32,000 nucleotides of DNA, taken from contig DATLXX010000001.1 in NCBI GenBank assembly GCA_035575435.1, positions 1 to 32,000 on the forward strand, in the 5' to 3' direction. This stretch comes from Candidatus Nitrosotenuis sp. Lineage in GTDB: Archaea > Thermoproteota > Nitrososphaeria > Nitrososphaerales > Nitrosopumilaceae. The notes under the pieces are model-generated. The model was given only the letters and a program-made list of their open reading frames with translations, was not told the DNA's origin and ran no database searches. A program made the position numbers and the translations under genes. Each line of letters begins with the position of its first letter. Positions within the stretch are counted from its first letter, which is position 1. Shown in pieces: positions 8,520-15,848 of this stretch.

Positions 8520-9173
8520 ATGGGTTCATTAAGTGACAAATGGAGTGATGTGGGGAGGTCGGACAATCTCTCACAGAAGATACTTGACAAAGTGAGGCCT
8601 GACGTACCACTCAAAAACAAAATCGACGTTGCTCAAAAGAATCTTCAACTCCAGATTGTCAAACTTGATTCTATTGCGGCAAAAATCAAGCAAAAAAACG
8701 ACTACATTTTCAGCAAAATAGTAAGTGCGCAAAAATCAAACAACCACCTTCACGCAAGAGCATACGCCACAGAGCTTTTGGAGATAAGAAAAATGCACAA
8801 CATGGTCACAGGGGCAAAGCTGGCACTCGAACAAATTCAGTTAAGACTCAACACAGTGTCAGAGCTCGGAGACATCGTGGTTACATTGAGCCCATGCATG
8901 TCGGTAATCAACGGCTTGAGCAACTCACTTAGAGGAATAATGCCGGAGGCAACATCATCCATGCAGAATCTCTCGCAGATACTCGGCGATGTGCTCAACG
9001 GATCATCCATGAGCAACACAGATGTGATAACAACTCACACCACAAACTCAGACACACTGGCGATTCTCGAAGAGGCGGCTGCAGTCATCGAAGGCCAAGC
9101 AAGAGCAAACATCCCCGAGCCACCATCAGGACTCCCCGCAGGAGTGTTGCAAAAAAGAGAATCTGTCATCTAG
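8520..9173 (+). CDS. cdvB: ESCRT-III / Snf7-family cell-division protein (CdvB paralog)
   Basis: 217 aa from the internal ATG: MGSLSDKWSD.... Coiled-coil Snf7-like core (NLQLQIVKLDSIAAKIKQKNDYIFSKIV..ARAYATELLEIRKM) and a Pro-rich C-terminus IPEPPSGLPAGVL. The track start at 8436 would read through the palindrome and the TATA box. Confidence 0.8.
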   Translation: MGSLSDKWSDVGRSDNLSQKILDKVRPDVPLKNKIDVAQKNLQLQIVKLDSIAAKIKQKNDYIFSKIVSAQKSNNHLHARAYATELLEIRKMHNMVTGAKLALEQIQLRLNTVSELGDIVVTLSPCMSVINGLSNSLRGIMPEATSSMQNLSQILGDVLNGSSMSNTDVITTHTTNSDTLAILEEAAAVIEGQARANIPEPPSGLPAGVLQKRESVI

Positions 9174-9507
9174 ACTTTTTCTTGCTTTTTTCAATCAGTA
9201 TTTTCTTGATTCGAGAGATGGTTGGATAGCTGTATCCGCGCCGTCGGTAATTTGAAATCATCATCTTCCAATTCTTTAGTCGCCATTGCGCTTGCTCGCT
9301 TGTGACGGAATGAACTTCTTTTTGGATTATGCTTTTTCGCCCCACTTTGAGGACTCCGGCGTCTTTTGCAGACCACCTGTTTTTTGCAAATTTGAGGCCG
9401 AGCAGGATCTCTTCCACTGGCATCTCCCTGAAGCATTCTTCGATTATACGTAATTGACTGTCAGTGGGCATTTTTGGCACTTGTAGTTTTAGTTCCAGCT
9501 CTTCCAT
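9166..9507 (-). CDS. Hypothetical protein (113 aa, basic C-terminus)
   Basis: ORF track only, no recognised family. Convergent 8-nt overlap with cdvB. Confidence 0.5.
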   Translation of the reverse strand: MEELELKLQVPKMPTDSQLRIIEECFREMPVEEILLGLKFAKNRWSAKDAGVLKVGRKSIIQKEVHSVTSEQAQWRLKNWKMMISNYRRRGYSYPTISRIKKILIEKSKKKSR

Positions 9508-9631
9508 GCCTGTCTCACCGTCTCATTTCTTAAGAGAGTCACGATAAACTAGATTTAACAAAGAGTTGAATTTGCAGGCGTGAGCACGCGGCAATGTTTG
9601 TTCATACGGAACAAGATATCCCATATTAGAT

Positions 9632-10069
9632 ATGTGTGTCATAAAGTCAAATGTGTCAAGACGCTATCTAAACCGAGTTGCCAGCAAAGACGAGTCAGAC
9701 CTTGAAAACCCAATAAGGGCAGTCAGTGTTCAAACCGATACTAGAAATCATGCGGAAAGAGTCAAGGATCAAATCATTGAAACCCGCGAGGACACAAAAA
9801 ACGCGGATCAGTACATGAAGTTTGTCAATGCCCACCTTCAACACCGAGTGTCCACACTCGAGAGGATCAAAGAAGGGCAAAGAAAATTCGAGGCCGAGCT
9901 AGATATGTTCAGAGTGGACCCTCAAACATTGGGAAACAGTCAGAACAACGACGCGGCGACTGAAAAGATGGTGATTGTCAAGGAGCTGTCAGCACTCATC
10001 AGCAGATATGGTTTTGAAAAACTGTCCGAGGCGCTAGACACAATACTCGAAAATAAAAAAACAGCATAA
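9632..10069 (+). CDS. Hypothetical protein (145 aa, charged and probably helical)
   Basis: ORF track only, no recognised family. Confidence 0.5.
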   Translation: MCVIKSNVSRRYLNRVASKDESDLENPIRAVSVQTDTRNHAERVKDQIIETREDTKNADQYMKFVNAHLQHRVSTLERIKEGQRKFEAELDMFRVDPQTLGNSQNNDAATEKMVIVKELSALISRYGFEKLSEALDTILENKKTA

Positions 10070-10101
10070 AGCTCAAGTATCTGTAAGATTTTCTAATATT
10101 C

Positions 10102-10413
10102 GTGAGAGTTTTTTATTCACAGAAAACCGAGCAGTTAATCAAAAAGATGGAGCTGGTGCAATGGCGCGCAATGCTGCGGGAACAGATCACCCAAAGCCAC
10201 CAGGATCTTTCAGACAACTGGAAGACTTGCGCGCTGGGCGAACGAATAAGACTCGAGGGACGCGATCTTACAACTCTCAAAGATCTTTCACCTGAAGCAA
10301 TAAAGCTCGGCTATGATTTTTCCGTAGCGTTGCAGGAAAGAAACAACGATCTGGCGCTTGAAATAATAGAAAAGATTGAAAAACTACCCACCATTTGGAG
10401 AAACGATGTATGA
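10102..10413 (+). CDS. Hypothetical protein (103 aa from GTG; 88 aa if it starts at the ATG at 10147)
   Basis: ORF track. A T-rich box at about 10110-10119 sits about 30 nt upstream of the ATG at 10147, so the shorter form is plausible. Confidence 0.5.
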   Translation: MRVFYSQKTEQLIKKMELVQWRAMLREQITQSHQDLSDNWKTCALGERIRLEGRDLTTLKDLSPEAIKLGYDFSVALQERNNDLALEIIEKIEKLPTIWRNDV

Positions 10414-10481
10414 AGTCAACAAATCTGTCAGCTACGATTTCTCAGATGGGTTTAATAATCCAGATACGGCGTATTGTAATC

Positions 10482-10730
10482 ATGAATAAGCTTATGTCTG
10501 CCGCAATATTTTCCGCCGGAATACTACTATTGGGAACTATTGCAGCTGCAATCAACATGGTGCCAGATGCAGAAGCAGTCAAATCCAAGGGTAAGTACCT
10601 CAAGGATGTAGGCACCTGGAAGAAAAACAGAACTCCCTCCAAGATATGTGGGGATGAGCTTTGTTCAATCAACGATACATCAATCGGCTTGAGAAAGGGC
10701 GAAGCTGCAATCAGGGGACTTTCAAGATAG
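10482..10730 (+). CDS. Small secreted Lys-rich peptide, CGDxxC family member P1 (82 aa)
   Basis: The internal ATG has tttaataat about 28 nt upstream. Sequence: MNKLMSAAIFSAGILLLGTIAAAINMVPDAEA-VKSKGKYLKDVGTWKKNRTPSKICGDELC.... Paralogous to 11119-11343. Confidence 0.6.
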   Translation: MNKLMSAAIFSAGILLLGTIAAAINMVPDAEAVKSKGKYLKDVGTWKKNRTPSKICGDELCSINDTSIGLRKGEAAIRGLSR

Positions 10731-10820
10731 AAAACCCTAATTTTTAATTTATTTAGACGGCTTGGTTTTGATCTTCAGTAATTCTTCGTGCGTATATGTG
10801 TCATAGGTGGACTTTAGATT

Positions 10821-11005
10821 CTATTTTTGGTATGAGGAACCGTCACACAGCTTGTCTCCGCAGACTTTGTTTCCCACCCAGTAAGAATACTTGCGGCGTT
10901 GTTGCTCGACATCGGCTTTTTTTGCTTCTGCAAACTCCCTCCTTCATTGGCAGTAATTAGTACTAGACAGCAGTACACTAACCGCAGCATGCTGCGAACT
11001 TGCAT
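10821..11005 (-). pseudogene. Frameshifted member P2 of the CGDxxC peptide family
   Basis: One frame encodes the signal-like N-terminus M(QVRSM)LRLVYCCLVLITANEGG. A frame offset by one nucleotide, open from 10943 to the TAG at 10823-10821, encodes REFAEAKKADVEQQRRKYSYWVGNKVCGDKLCDGSSYQK*. The junction lies in the G-rich run gaaggagggag. Confidence 0.45.
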
Positions 11006-11045
11006 AAAGCGCCTTGCCACAAAATAATAGAGTCCATTTAGATAT

Positions 11046-11074
11046 GTTTCAAAATTCGAATTTTGAGATATTTG
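11046..11074. repeat. Palindromic intergenic element, copy 1
   Basis: gTTTCAAAATTCGAATTTTGAgatatttg. It contains the perfect 16-bp palindrome caaaattcgaattttg at 11050-11065. Confidence 0.7.
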
Positions 11075-11118
11075 TAATTTGAACAGTATGGTAAGGAAAA
11101 AGTGAAAAAGTGCCTCCT

Positions 11119-11343
11119 TTATCTGTGAGGCGAACCGCGTCCAATTTTGGTTGGGATCTTGTTGAAGAACTTTTCACAGATCTTATCGCCACAGACTTTG
11201 TTTGAATGCCATTTGTTGAACTTGTGTTTTGGTGACTTGGATGAGGGTTTGGCTTCTGCGTATTGGTCATGGAATAAGGCCATTACCAGTATGGTAGATA
11301 GCAGCACTGTGATTGCCACAAGTCCAAGTATTTTGCTAGCCAT
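11119..11343 (-). CDS. Small secreted Lys-rich peptide, CGDxxC family member P3 (74 aa)
   Basis: MASKILGLVAITVLLSTILVMALFHDQYAEA-KPSSKSPKHKFNKWHSNKVCGDKICEKFF.... A ttaattaa box lies about 29 nt upstream of the ATG. Confidence 0.6.
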   Translation of the reverse strand: MASKILGLVAITVLLSTILVMALFHDQYAEAKPSSKSPKHKFNKWHSNKVCGDKICEKFFNKIPTKIGRGSPHR

Positions 11344-11386
11344 TGTTCCGATCTTTTTGTTCCTACTTAATTAACTATTCCATGAG

Positions 11387-11417
11387 GAATATTTCTAAAC
11401 TCGAATTTTGAAATAAG
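11387..11417. repeat. Palindromic intergenic element, copy 2
   Basis: The minus strand reads cttaTTTCAAAATTCGAgTTTaGAAAtattc. It directly abuts the Nudix stop codon and ends about 44 nt upstream of the P3 start. Confidence 0.7.
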
Positions 11418-11858
11418 CTATTTTTTACGCATGACGACTTGGCGAGCGTCACGAATCATCGATTTGTGGTGCGGGATTGTCTTTTGTGGAAGCCTCCTAA
11501 AGAAACCGTACTCGCTGCTCTGATGATCCGTTTTGAGACTGCCTGATTTAACGTCGACCACATAGCCGTGCGATATGTCGTGCCTATATCTGTCCAAGCT
11601 TTCGTAGACTCCAACGAATTTTTTGATTTTTACGTTGAGGTTCAATTCCTCTTTTGCGGATCTGCGTATTGCGTCAGGTATCTTTTCACCTTTGTGAATC
11701 ATGCTGCCAGGAAGATGCCAGTAACCCTTGTACGGAGGCCTAGTACGTCTAGTCAGAAGAACAGAATCACCATTAAAAATTATCAAGTCGACGCATGAGA
11801 ACGCAAAGTATTTTCTAAAATCATCGTAAGCCTCCATGGAAGCTTTTCTAATCTTCAT
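11418..11858 (-). CDS. Nudix-family hydrolase
   Basis: Nudix box GSMIHKGEKIPDAIRRSAKEELNL (Gx5Ex7REuxEExGu pattern), 146 aa. Confidence 0.85.
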   Translation of the reverse strand: MKIRKASMEAYDDFRKYFAFSCVDLIIFNGDSVLLTRRTRPPYKGYWHLPGSMIHKGEKIPDAIRRSAKEELNLNVKIKKFVGVYESLDRYRHDISHGYVVDVKSGSLKTDHQSSEYGFFRRLPQKTIPHHKSMIRDARQVVMRKK

Positions 11859-11960
11859 TACATAGTAATTCAGAGAATGGGCAAATTAAGTCATCTTTGG
11901 CTCAAAAAACCACATATGGCACAGCCACCCCTTTTTTGTTTTAAGAATAATTTTATTCGT

Positions 11961-12048
11961 AAGTGTTAAACCCCCTCCTCCCCACCCGCCATTTACGAAT
12001 GGACCGATTTTTTCAAAAACGCACGATTTTGGAGGGGGTTTAACACTT
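11961..12048. repeat. 88-bp hairpin-capable element with perfect 18-bp inverted repeats (MITE-like or ncRNA)
   Basis: aagtgttaaaccccctcc (11961-11978) and ggagggggtttaacactt (12031-12048). ttcgt occurs on both flanks (11956-11960 and 12050-12054). A third partial copy, taaacccccctcc, lies near 12134-12146. Confidence 0.55.
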
Positions 12049-12300
12049 GTTCGTGACTATTGCAAGCAACCACCAAAACACCCCCATTGCCCAGCTAAAG
12101 ATGGCAAAACTATTTTTGATACGAATAAAAGCTAAACCCCCCTCCAAAACCACGAACATTGGACAAAATGGCCTAGTAACCGTGTGCACACGCACGATTT
12201 TTGTGATTTTTGTGCAGTGTTTTGGTGCAAAAAGGTGGGTCTTTTCGGGTAAAAAATGCGGTAAAATTAAACAAATTGGGTGAATTTGGGTCTGTGGCAC

Positions 12301-12636
12301 TTAGTTGGCAAGCGTCAATCTTTCTCTTGTCTCGACAATCTCCACTTCTACTGTTTCCAGCGGATCCTCTACCTGATTTCGTCTAATGGAGAGTAGTTTT
12401 GGTTTTTCAAAGTCTTTTGTGCAGTCGGGGCACGCATACACTAGGACCCGGTGTTCGTTTGGCGCCTTTGGGTTGGAAAGACGTGGGTAGTAGGTCAGCC
12501 TGCCTCCACAATCAATACAATAACGATTGGCCCTTCTAGTTCTGGCCAATGTAAACCTCCTGCATGATGAGTATATTCGATCAGATATTAGATCGCAATG
12601 GTCTAACAGAATAAACCAAATGGTTGCAACGATCAA
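12301..12636 (-). CDS. Zinc-ribbon protein with an uncertain start
   Basis: CIDCGG...CPDCTK (CxxC...CxxC). The track start is the TTG at 12636. An alternative TTG at 12549 is preceded by AGGAGG with a 6-nt spacer and would give 82 aa. Confidence 0.55.
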   Translation of the reverse strand: MIVATIWFILLDHCDLISDRIYSSCRRFTLARTRRANRYCIDCGGRLTYYPRLSNPKAPNEHRVLVYACPDCTKDFEKPKLLSIRRNQVEDPLETVEVEIVETRERLTLAN

Positions 12637-12668
12637 TATTTCAAAATTCGAATTTAGAAATATTTAGG
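12636..12668. repeat. Palindromic intergenic element, copy 3
   Basis: ataTTTCAAAATTCGAATTTaGAAAtatttagg. Confidence 0.7.
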
Positions 12669-12716
12669 AACTTTGAAAGAATTTCAGTACGGAGCGACGA
12701 CCCAGGTTCAAAATAC

Positions 12717-12749
12717 AATCTTTCAGAACTCGAATTTAGAAAGATCATG
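12717..12749. repeat. Palindromic intergenic element, copy 4 (more diverged)
   Basis: aatcTTTCAgAAcTCGAATTTaGAAAgatcatg. It ends exactly at the 3' end of tRNA-Asn. Confidence 0.6.
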
Positions 12750-12823
12750 CGCCACCCGTCAGACTTGAACTGACGACCCCCTGATTAACAGTCAGGCGCT
12801 CTACCACGCTGAGCTAGGGTGGC
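12750..12823 (-). tRNA. tRNA-Asn (anticodon GTT), 74 nt, no encoded CCA
   Basis: Manual cloverleaf: GCCACCC-TA-GCTC-AGCGTGGTA-GAGC-G-CCTGA-CTGTTAA-TCAGG-GGGTC-GTCAG-TTCAAGT-CTGAC-GGGTGGC-G. Confidence 0.93.
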
Positions 12824-12887
12824 AACACGTTTGTACCTTGATGTATGCGATTTAATCCTTACTAGTTGGCAAAAATTCAGAGGAGAA

Positions 12888-13445
12888 TTATTTTTCGATG
12901 CCTTTTGCTTTGTGGTACTGGTAGATACCATCTAGGAAAACGCGATGATCTTTGTTTTTTACTTTGGTTACTGATTGGATCCCGGCAGCTGTTTGCGTGA
13001 CGTCGTTTAGTACTGGGCCAGTAATTATGACATCGTCGCCTTTTGAGACCACCTTGGTTGCGCCGTGAATCTTTGCAACGCGCGGTGCGCGCTCGCCTTG
13101 AAAGTTCTCAATTAAGACCAGGTTATCCTTGGTTTTCACAGTTATTGGAAAGTGTGCGTAAACTACCTTCATTTTTACCGTGTAGCCTTCGACTACGCCC
13201 TCGCACAGATTTCTTATTATTGAGAGTGCGGTGTTTGCTATCGCATGGTATTTTTTGCGCTCATTTAATGCCCTCACGGTGACTTTGTTGTCTTTGACCT
13301 CAAGATTCACCGGTATTTTCTTAAAGTTCTTGTGAGTCTTACCCAGTGGACCTTCCACATACAGCATGTGTTTGTTTAGTGACACTTTGACTTTTTCAGG
13401 AACGTCGAATGTAGCCTCGAAAATTTCGACCTGTTTAGTAGACAT
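12888..13445 (-). CDS. rpl6: 50S ribosomal protein L6 (uL6)
   Basis: 185 aa, typical archaeal uL6 sequence, last gene of the operon. Confidence 0.95.
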   Translation of the reverse strand: MSTKQVEIFEATFDVPEKVKVSLNKHMLYVEGPLGKTHKNFKKIPVNLEVKDNKVTVRALNERKKYHAIANTALSIIRNLCEGVVEGYTVKMKVVYAHFPITVKTKDNLVLIENFQGERAPRVAKIHGATKVVSKGDDVIITGPVLNDVTQTAAGIQSVTKVKNKDHRVFLDGIYQYHKAKGIEK

Positions 13446-13827
13446 ATCCCAGCAAAAAGCCTCCGATTCCTTTGTTTTCTGCCTCGTGGTGCGACATTAC
13501 GCCTTGGTTTGTGGTCACTATAAGCATGCCTCTGTTGTATGCTGGCAGATATTGCTGTTCCCACTCGTTAAACTCGTTTTTCTTTACTTTGAATCTTGGT
13601 GTAACCGCGCCACATTTTGTGATGTGGGCAAGCAGTTTTATCTTGAATTTGCCGCCACGGTTGTCCTCGATGTGCTCAAATTCGCCAATATAGTTGTGTT
13701 TTTGCAGTGTTTTTAGCACCTCTACGGCAAGCTTTGAGGTAGGCAGGATCACGCACTCGGTTCTCCTTCGTGCCTCGTTGTTGTAGAGTGTATTGAAGAG
13801 ATTTGAAATTATATTGGTTGCCGGCAT
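13435..13827 (-). CDS. rps8: 30S ribosomal protein S8 (uS8)
   Basis: MPATNIISNLFNTLYNNEARRR.... I prefer the ATG at 13827; the track GTG at 13836 is possible. Confidence 0.93.
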   Translation of the reverse strand: MPATNIISNLFNTLYNNEARRRTECVILPTSKLAVEVLKTLQKHNYIGEFEHIEDNRGGKFKIKLLAHITKCGAVTPRFKVKKNEFNEWEQQYLPAYNRGMLIVTTNQGVMSHHEAENKGIGGFLLGYVY

Positions 13828-13832
13828 TTTTC

Positions 13833-14009
13833 TCACCTATATTTTGCGAATCCTAGGGAGTCTGCCACTTCCCTGAAGCAGCGTCTGCATATCATGAGGT
13901 TGTATTTTTGAATTACTGCTGTATAGTCGCCGCATCTTTTGCACCATCTTGAGCCTTTGCCGAATTTGTGCTCTTTTCTTCCAGTGTGTTGGTATGTCCT
14001 GTCTTTCAT
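13833..14009 (-). CDS. rps14: 30S ribosomal protein S14 type Z (uS14), 58 aa
   Basis: Manual translation, absent from the ORF track: [58 protein letters not shown]. CxxC...CxxC zinc motif. In the expected L5-S14-S8 position. Confidence 0.9.
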   Translation of the reverse strand: MKDRTYQHTGRKEHKFGKGSRWCKRCGDYTAVIQKYNLMICRRCFREVADSLGFAKYR

Positions 14010-14521
14010 TATACTATTGCCACCCCAAACTCCCTAGTTAAAAACTCAATTGCTTCTTCTTTTGAGATCCTGTGGTGTTTTCCTACACTCGCCTTGTGTC
14101 TGCTGCGAACACGAATGCTAAATCCAGGCCTTGTGAGCGTGACTGCTGCCTCCAGCCCCAGTATGCCGATTTGTGGATCGTATTTGATTCCTGGGATGTC
14201 GATGTGTTCTTTGATTCCAAATGAAACGTTTCCAAAGTCATCAAATGACTTGCCTTTGACTCTGTTTCCCACAGCCTCAAATAATCGCTTAAGCAGCGTC
14301 GCAGCGTCTTGGCCACGCACAGTCACTGCAACTCCGATTGGCTCTCCTTTTCTTACGCCCCAATCTCTTTGCGTTGCTTTTGCGTCGCGGGCGCATGATT
14401 TTTTGCCGGTAATTTGATCGAGTGCTTTTTTAGCAATCTCGATCGCCTCACCAGACTTTCCTACGCCCATGTTGAGGACAACTTTTTCCAACCTGATTTG
14501 TTTCATTGTGTTTTCTGACAT
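14009..14521 (-). CDS. rpl5: 50S ribosomal protein L5 (uL5)
   Basis: 170 aa, [11 protein letters not shown]...[19 protein letters not shown]. Confidence 0.95.
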   Translation of the reverse strand: MSENTMKQIRLEKVVLNMGVGKSGEAIEIAKKALDQITGKKSCARDAKATQRDWGVRKGEPIGVAVTVRGQDAATLLKRLFEAVGNRVKGKSFDDFGNVSFGIKEHIDIPGIKYDPQIGILGLEAAVTLTRPGFSIRVRSRHKASVGKHHRISKEEAIEFLTREFGVAIV

Positions 14522-14525
14522 AGTA

Positions 14526-15242
14526 TCACGCTATCTGAATAATCGGCTCCTTTTTGCCTACAACCATCACAAGATCTGCTGGGATTTCGATTTCGCGCTC
14601 GCCAAATGAAAGTAATGCACGTTTTGGAAGTACGAATGTGCCTTCTCTGATTTCTTTGACTTCGGCTATCTGCCCTGCGTTTATTCCTTTTGTGACTAGG
14701 ACTTTGGCTCCTTTTTCTAGCTTGAGGACTTCGGTGATTTTTTGTTCCGGCACTTGCATGAGACATGAATCGCCAACCTTTATGTCCATATCAGTGACAA
14801 GTGTGCGGCCGTCATGGAATCCAAGTTGTGTTTTTTTGTTCCTGATGGTGGTCTTGCTTGTAACTTTGACTAGCTTGACAGATTTTTCATTGTTTTTAAT
14901 TTTGATTGGCTCCAATAGATGGCCTGATTTTGGAACCAGTCTGTAAATGTCGGATACGCCATCAAGCTCAACTACATCCATCAGGCCAATGCCGTGATGA
15001 ATTGATTTTCTTGTGATGCCGTCTACTTTGACTTTGCCGTTGTAAATCGCATATTCTGCCTCTCTTGCAGTTGTGACGAGTTTGAGTGTGTCTCTCAAAA
15101 ATACAAGCGACGGAATAGAATAATGCTTTGAGTGCGGCCCAGGCCTTACAGTAGTGACGAACCTAGGCTTTTTTCTTGAGATGCCCCAGAACATCGGGGC
15201 CATTTGTCTTTTGAGTTTCTTGCTTCCTGCTATTCTTGGCAT
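14526..15242 (-). CDS. rps4e: 30S ribosomal protein S4e (eS4)
   Basis: 238 aa, KKLKRQMAPMFWGISRKK.., archaeal/eukaryotic-specific. Confidence 0.95.
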   Translation of the reverse strand: MPRIAGSKKLKRQMAPMFWGISRKKPRFVTTVRPGPHSKHYSIPSLVFLRDTLKLVTTAREAEYAIYNGKVKVDGITRKSIHHGIGLMDVVELDGVSDIYRLVPKSGHLLEPIKIKNNEKSVKLVKVTSKTTIRNKKTQLGFHDGRTLVTDMDIKVGDSCLMQVPEQKITEVLKLEKGAKVLVTKGINAGQIAEVKEIREGTFVLPKRALLSFGEREIEIPADLVMVVGKKEPIIQIA

Positions 15243-15847
15243 TATTTATCCCTCTTTTTTGATTTAGATGTGCCTTTTTTCTTTGTATCTTTTGATTTTT
15301 GTGATTTTTCTTTTGATATTGCTGCTTTTTTTGTCGGCTGTTGCTTTTCTTGCTTTGGTTGCGGCTTTGGTTGTTGTTTTTGTTGCGGTTTTTGTTCTTG
15401 GTTTACTTCCTTTGGTTTCTCTTCTTTTGGCTTGTCCTCTTTTGGTTTTACTTCCTTTGGTTTCTCTTCTTTTTGTTTTACTTCCTTTGGAGGTTTGGGT
15501 TTTTTCCCTTCGAGTTTGCTTTGTCGCCATTTGTCTTCGGTGTTGATGTCTGTTACCAAGAGATTTGATGTGTGAATGAAAACGTCCAGGTTTCCTCCCT
15601 TGAGTTTCTCTTTTTTTATTCCCTCAACTGCGGCCCCGTTTTTCTCAGTGGAGACTTTGGTGATTTTGCCTGTGACTCCTTTGAATTCGCCGCGCATTAC
15701 GCGTACCGTGTCACCTTCAGTTACTCGAATGCTGTTTCTGTGGTATTTTTGCCGTAGTTCCTTTGAAAGATGGCTGCACAGTTGTTTGCTTCGCATGAAA
15801 GGCGATGCGCCGAAAATCATTCTGTTTCGAATAATCGTTGGCTTCAT
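15242..15847 (-). CDS. rpl24: 50S ribosomal protein L24 (uL24) with an ~85-aa Lys/Pro/Glu/Gln-rich C-terminal extension
   Basis: The KOW-containing core (VTEGDTVRVMRGEFKGVTGKI..) ends near residue 115. The tail reads KPKPPKEVKQKEEKPKEVKPKEDKPKEEKPKEVNQEQKPQQKQQPKPQPKQEKQQ.... Confidence 0.93.
   Translation of the reverse strand: MKPTIIRNRMIFGASPFMRSKQLCSHLSKELRQKYHRNSIRVTEGDTVRVMRGEFKGVTGKITKVSTEKNGAAVEGIKKEKLKGGNLDVFIHTSNLLVTDINTEDKWRQSKLEGKKPKPPKEVKQKEEKPKEVKPKEDKPKEEKPKEVNQEQKPQQKQQPKPQPKQEKQQPTKKAAISKEKSQKSKDTKKKGTSKSKKRDK
15403..15490. repeat. Direct repeats inside the L24 tail coding region
   Basis: ttacttcctttgg occurs at 15403, 15448 and 15478 (spacings 45 and 30 nt). The longer ttacttcctttggtttctcttct occurs twice. 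These encode the reiterated PKEV/KEEKPKEV units. Confidence 0.8.
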
Positions 15848-15848
15848 C

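Noticed and set aside
12040-12300. Overlapping ORFs of 86 aa (minus strand) and 78 aa (plus strand) in the ORF-free stretch.
   Set aside because: They occupy the same DNA on opposite strands, have no recognisable motifs or plausible promoters, and run through repeat sequences. I treat the region as non-coding.
12690-12716. ggagcgacgacccaggttcaaaatac looked like a tRNA T-arm fragment and therefore a possible att-site duplication next to tRNA-Asn.
   Set aside because: It shares only an 8-nt match (gacgaccc) with the tRNA-Asn gene and has no acceptor-stem match. No integrase is nearby.
11046-12749. The repeated 22-29-nt elements could have been a CRISPR array.
   Set aside because: The spacings are irregular (about 340, 1250 and 80 nt). 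The copies are separated by genes, the units are palindromic and AT-rich, and no cas genes are present.
15204-15575. Three plus-strand ORFs (123, 92 and 75 aa) rich in Phe, Leu and Cys, opposite the L24 gene.
   Set aside because: They are antisense or out-of-frame shadows of the Lys/Glu/Pro repeat coding region. They are low-complexity, overlap one another, and lie inside a conserved ribosomal gene.
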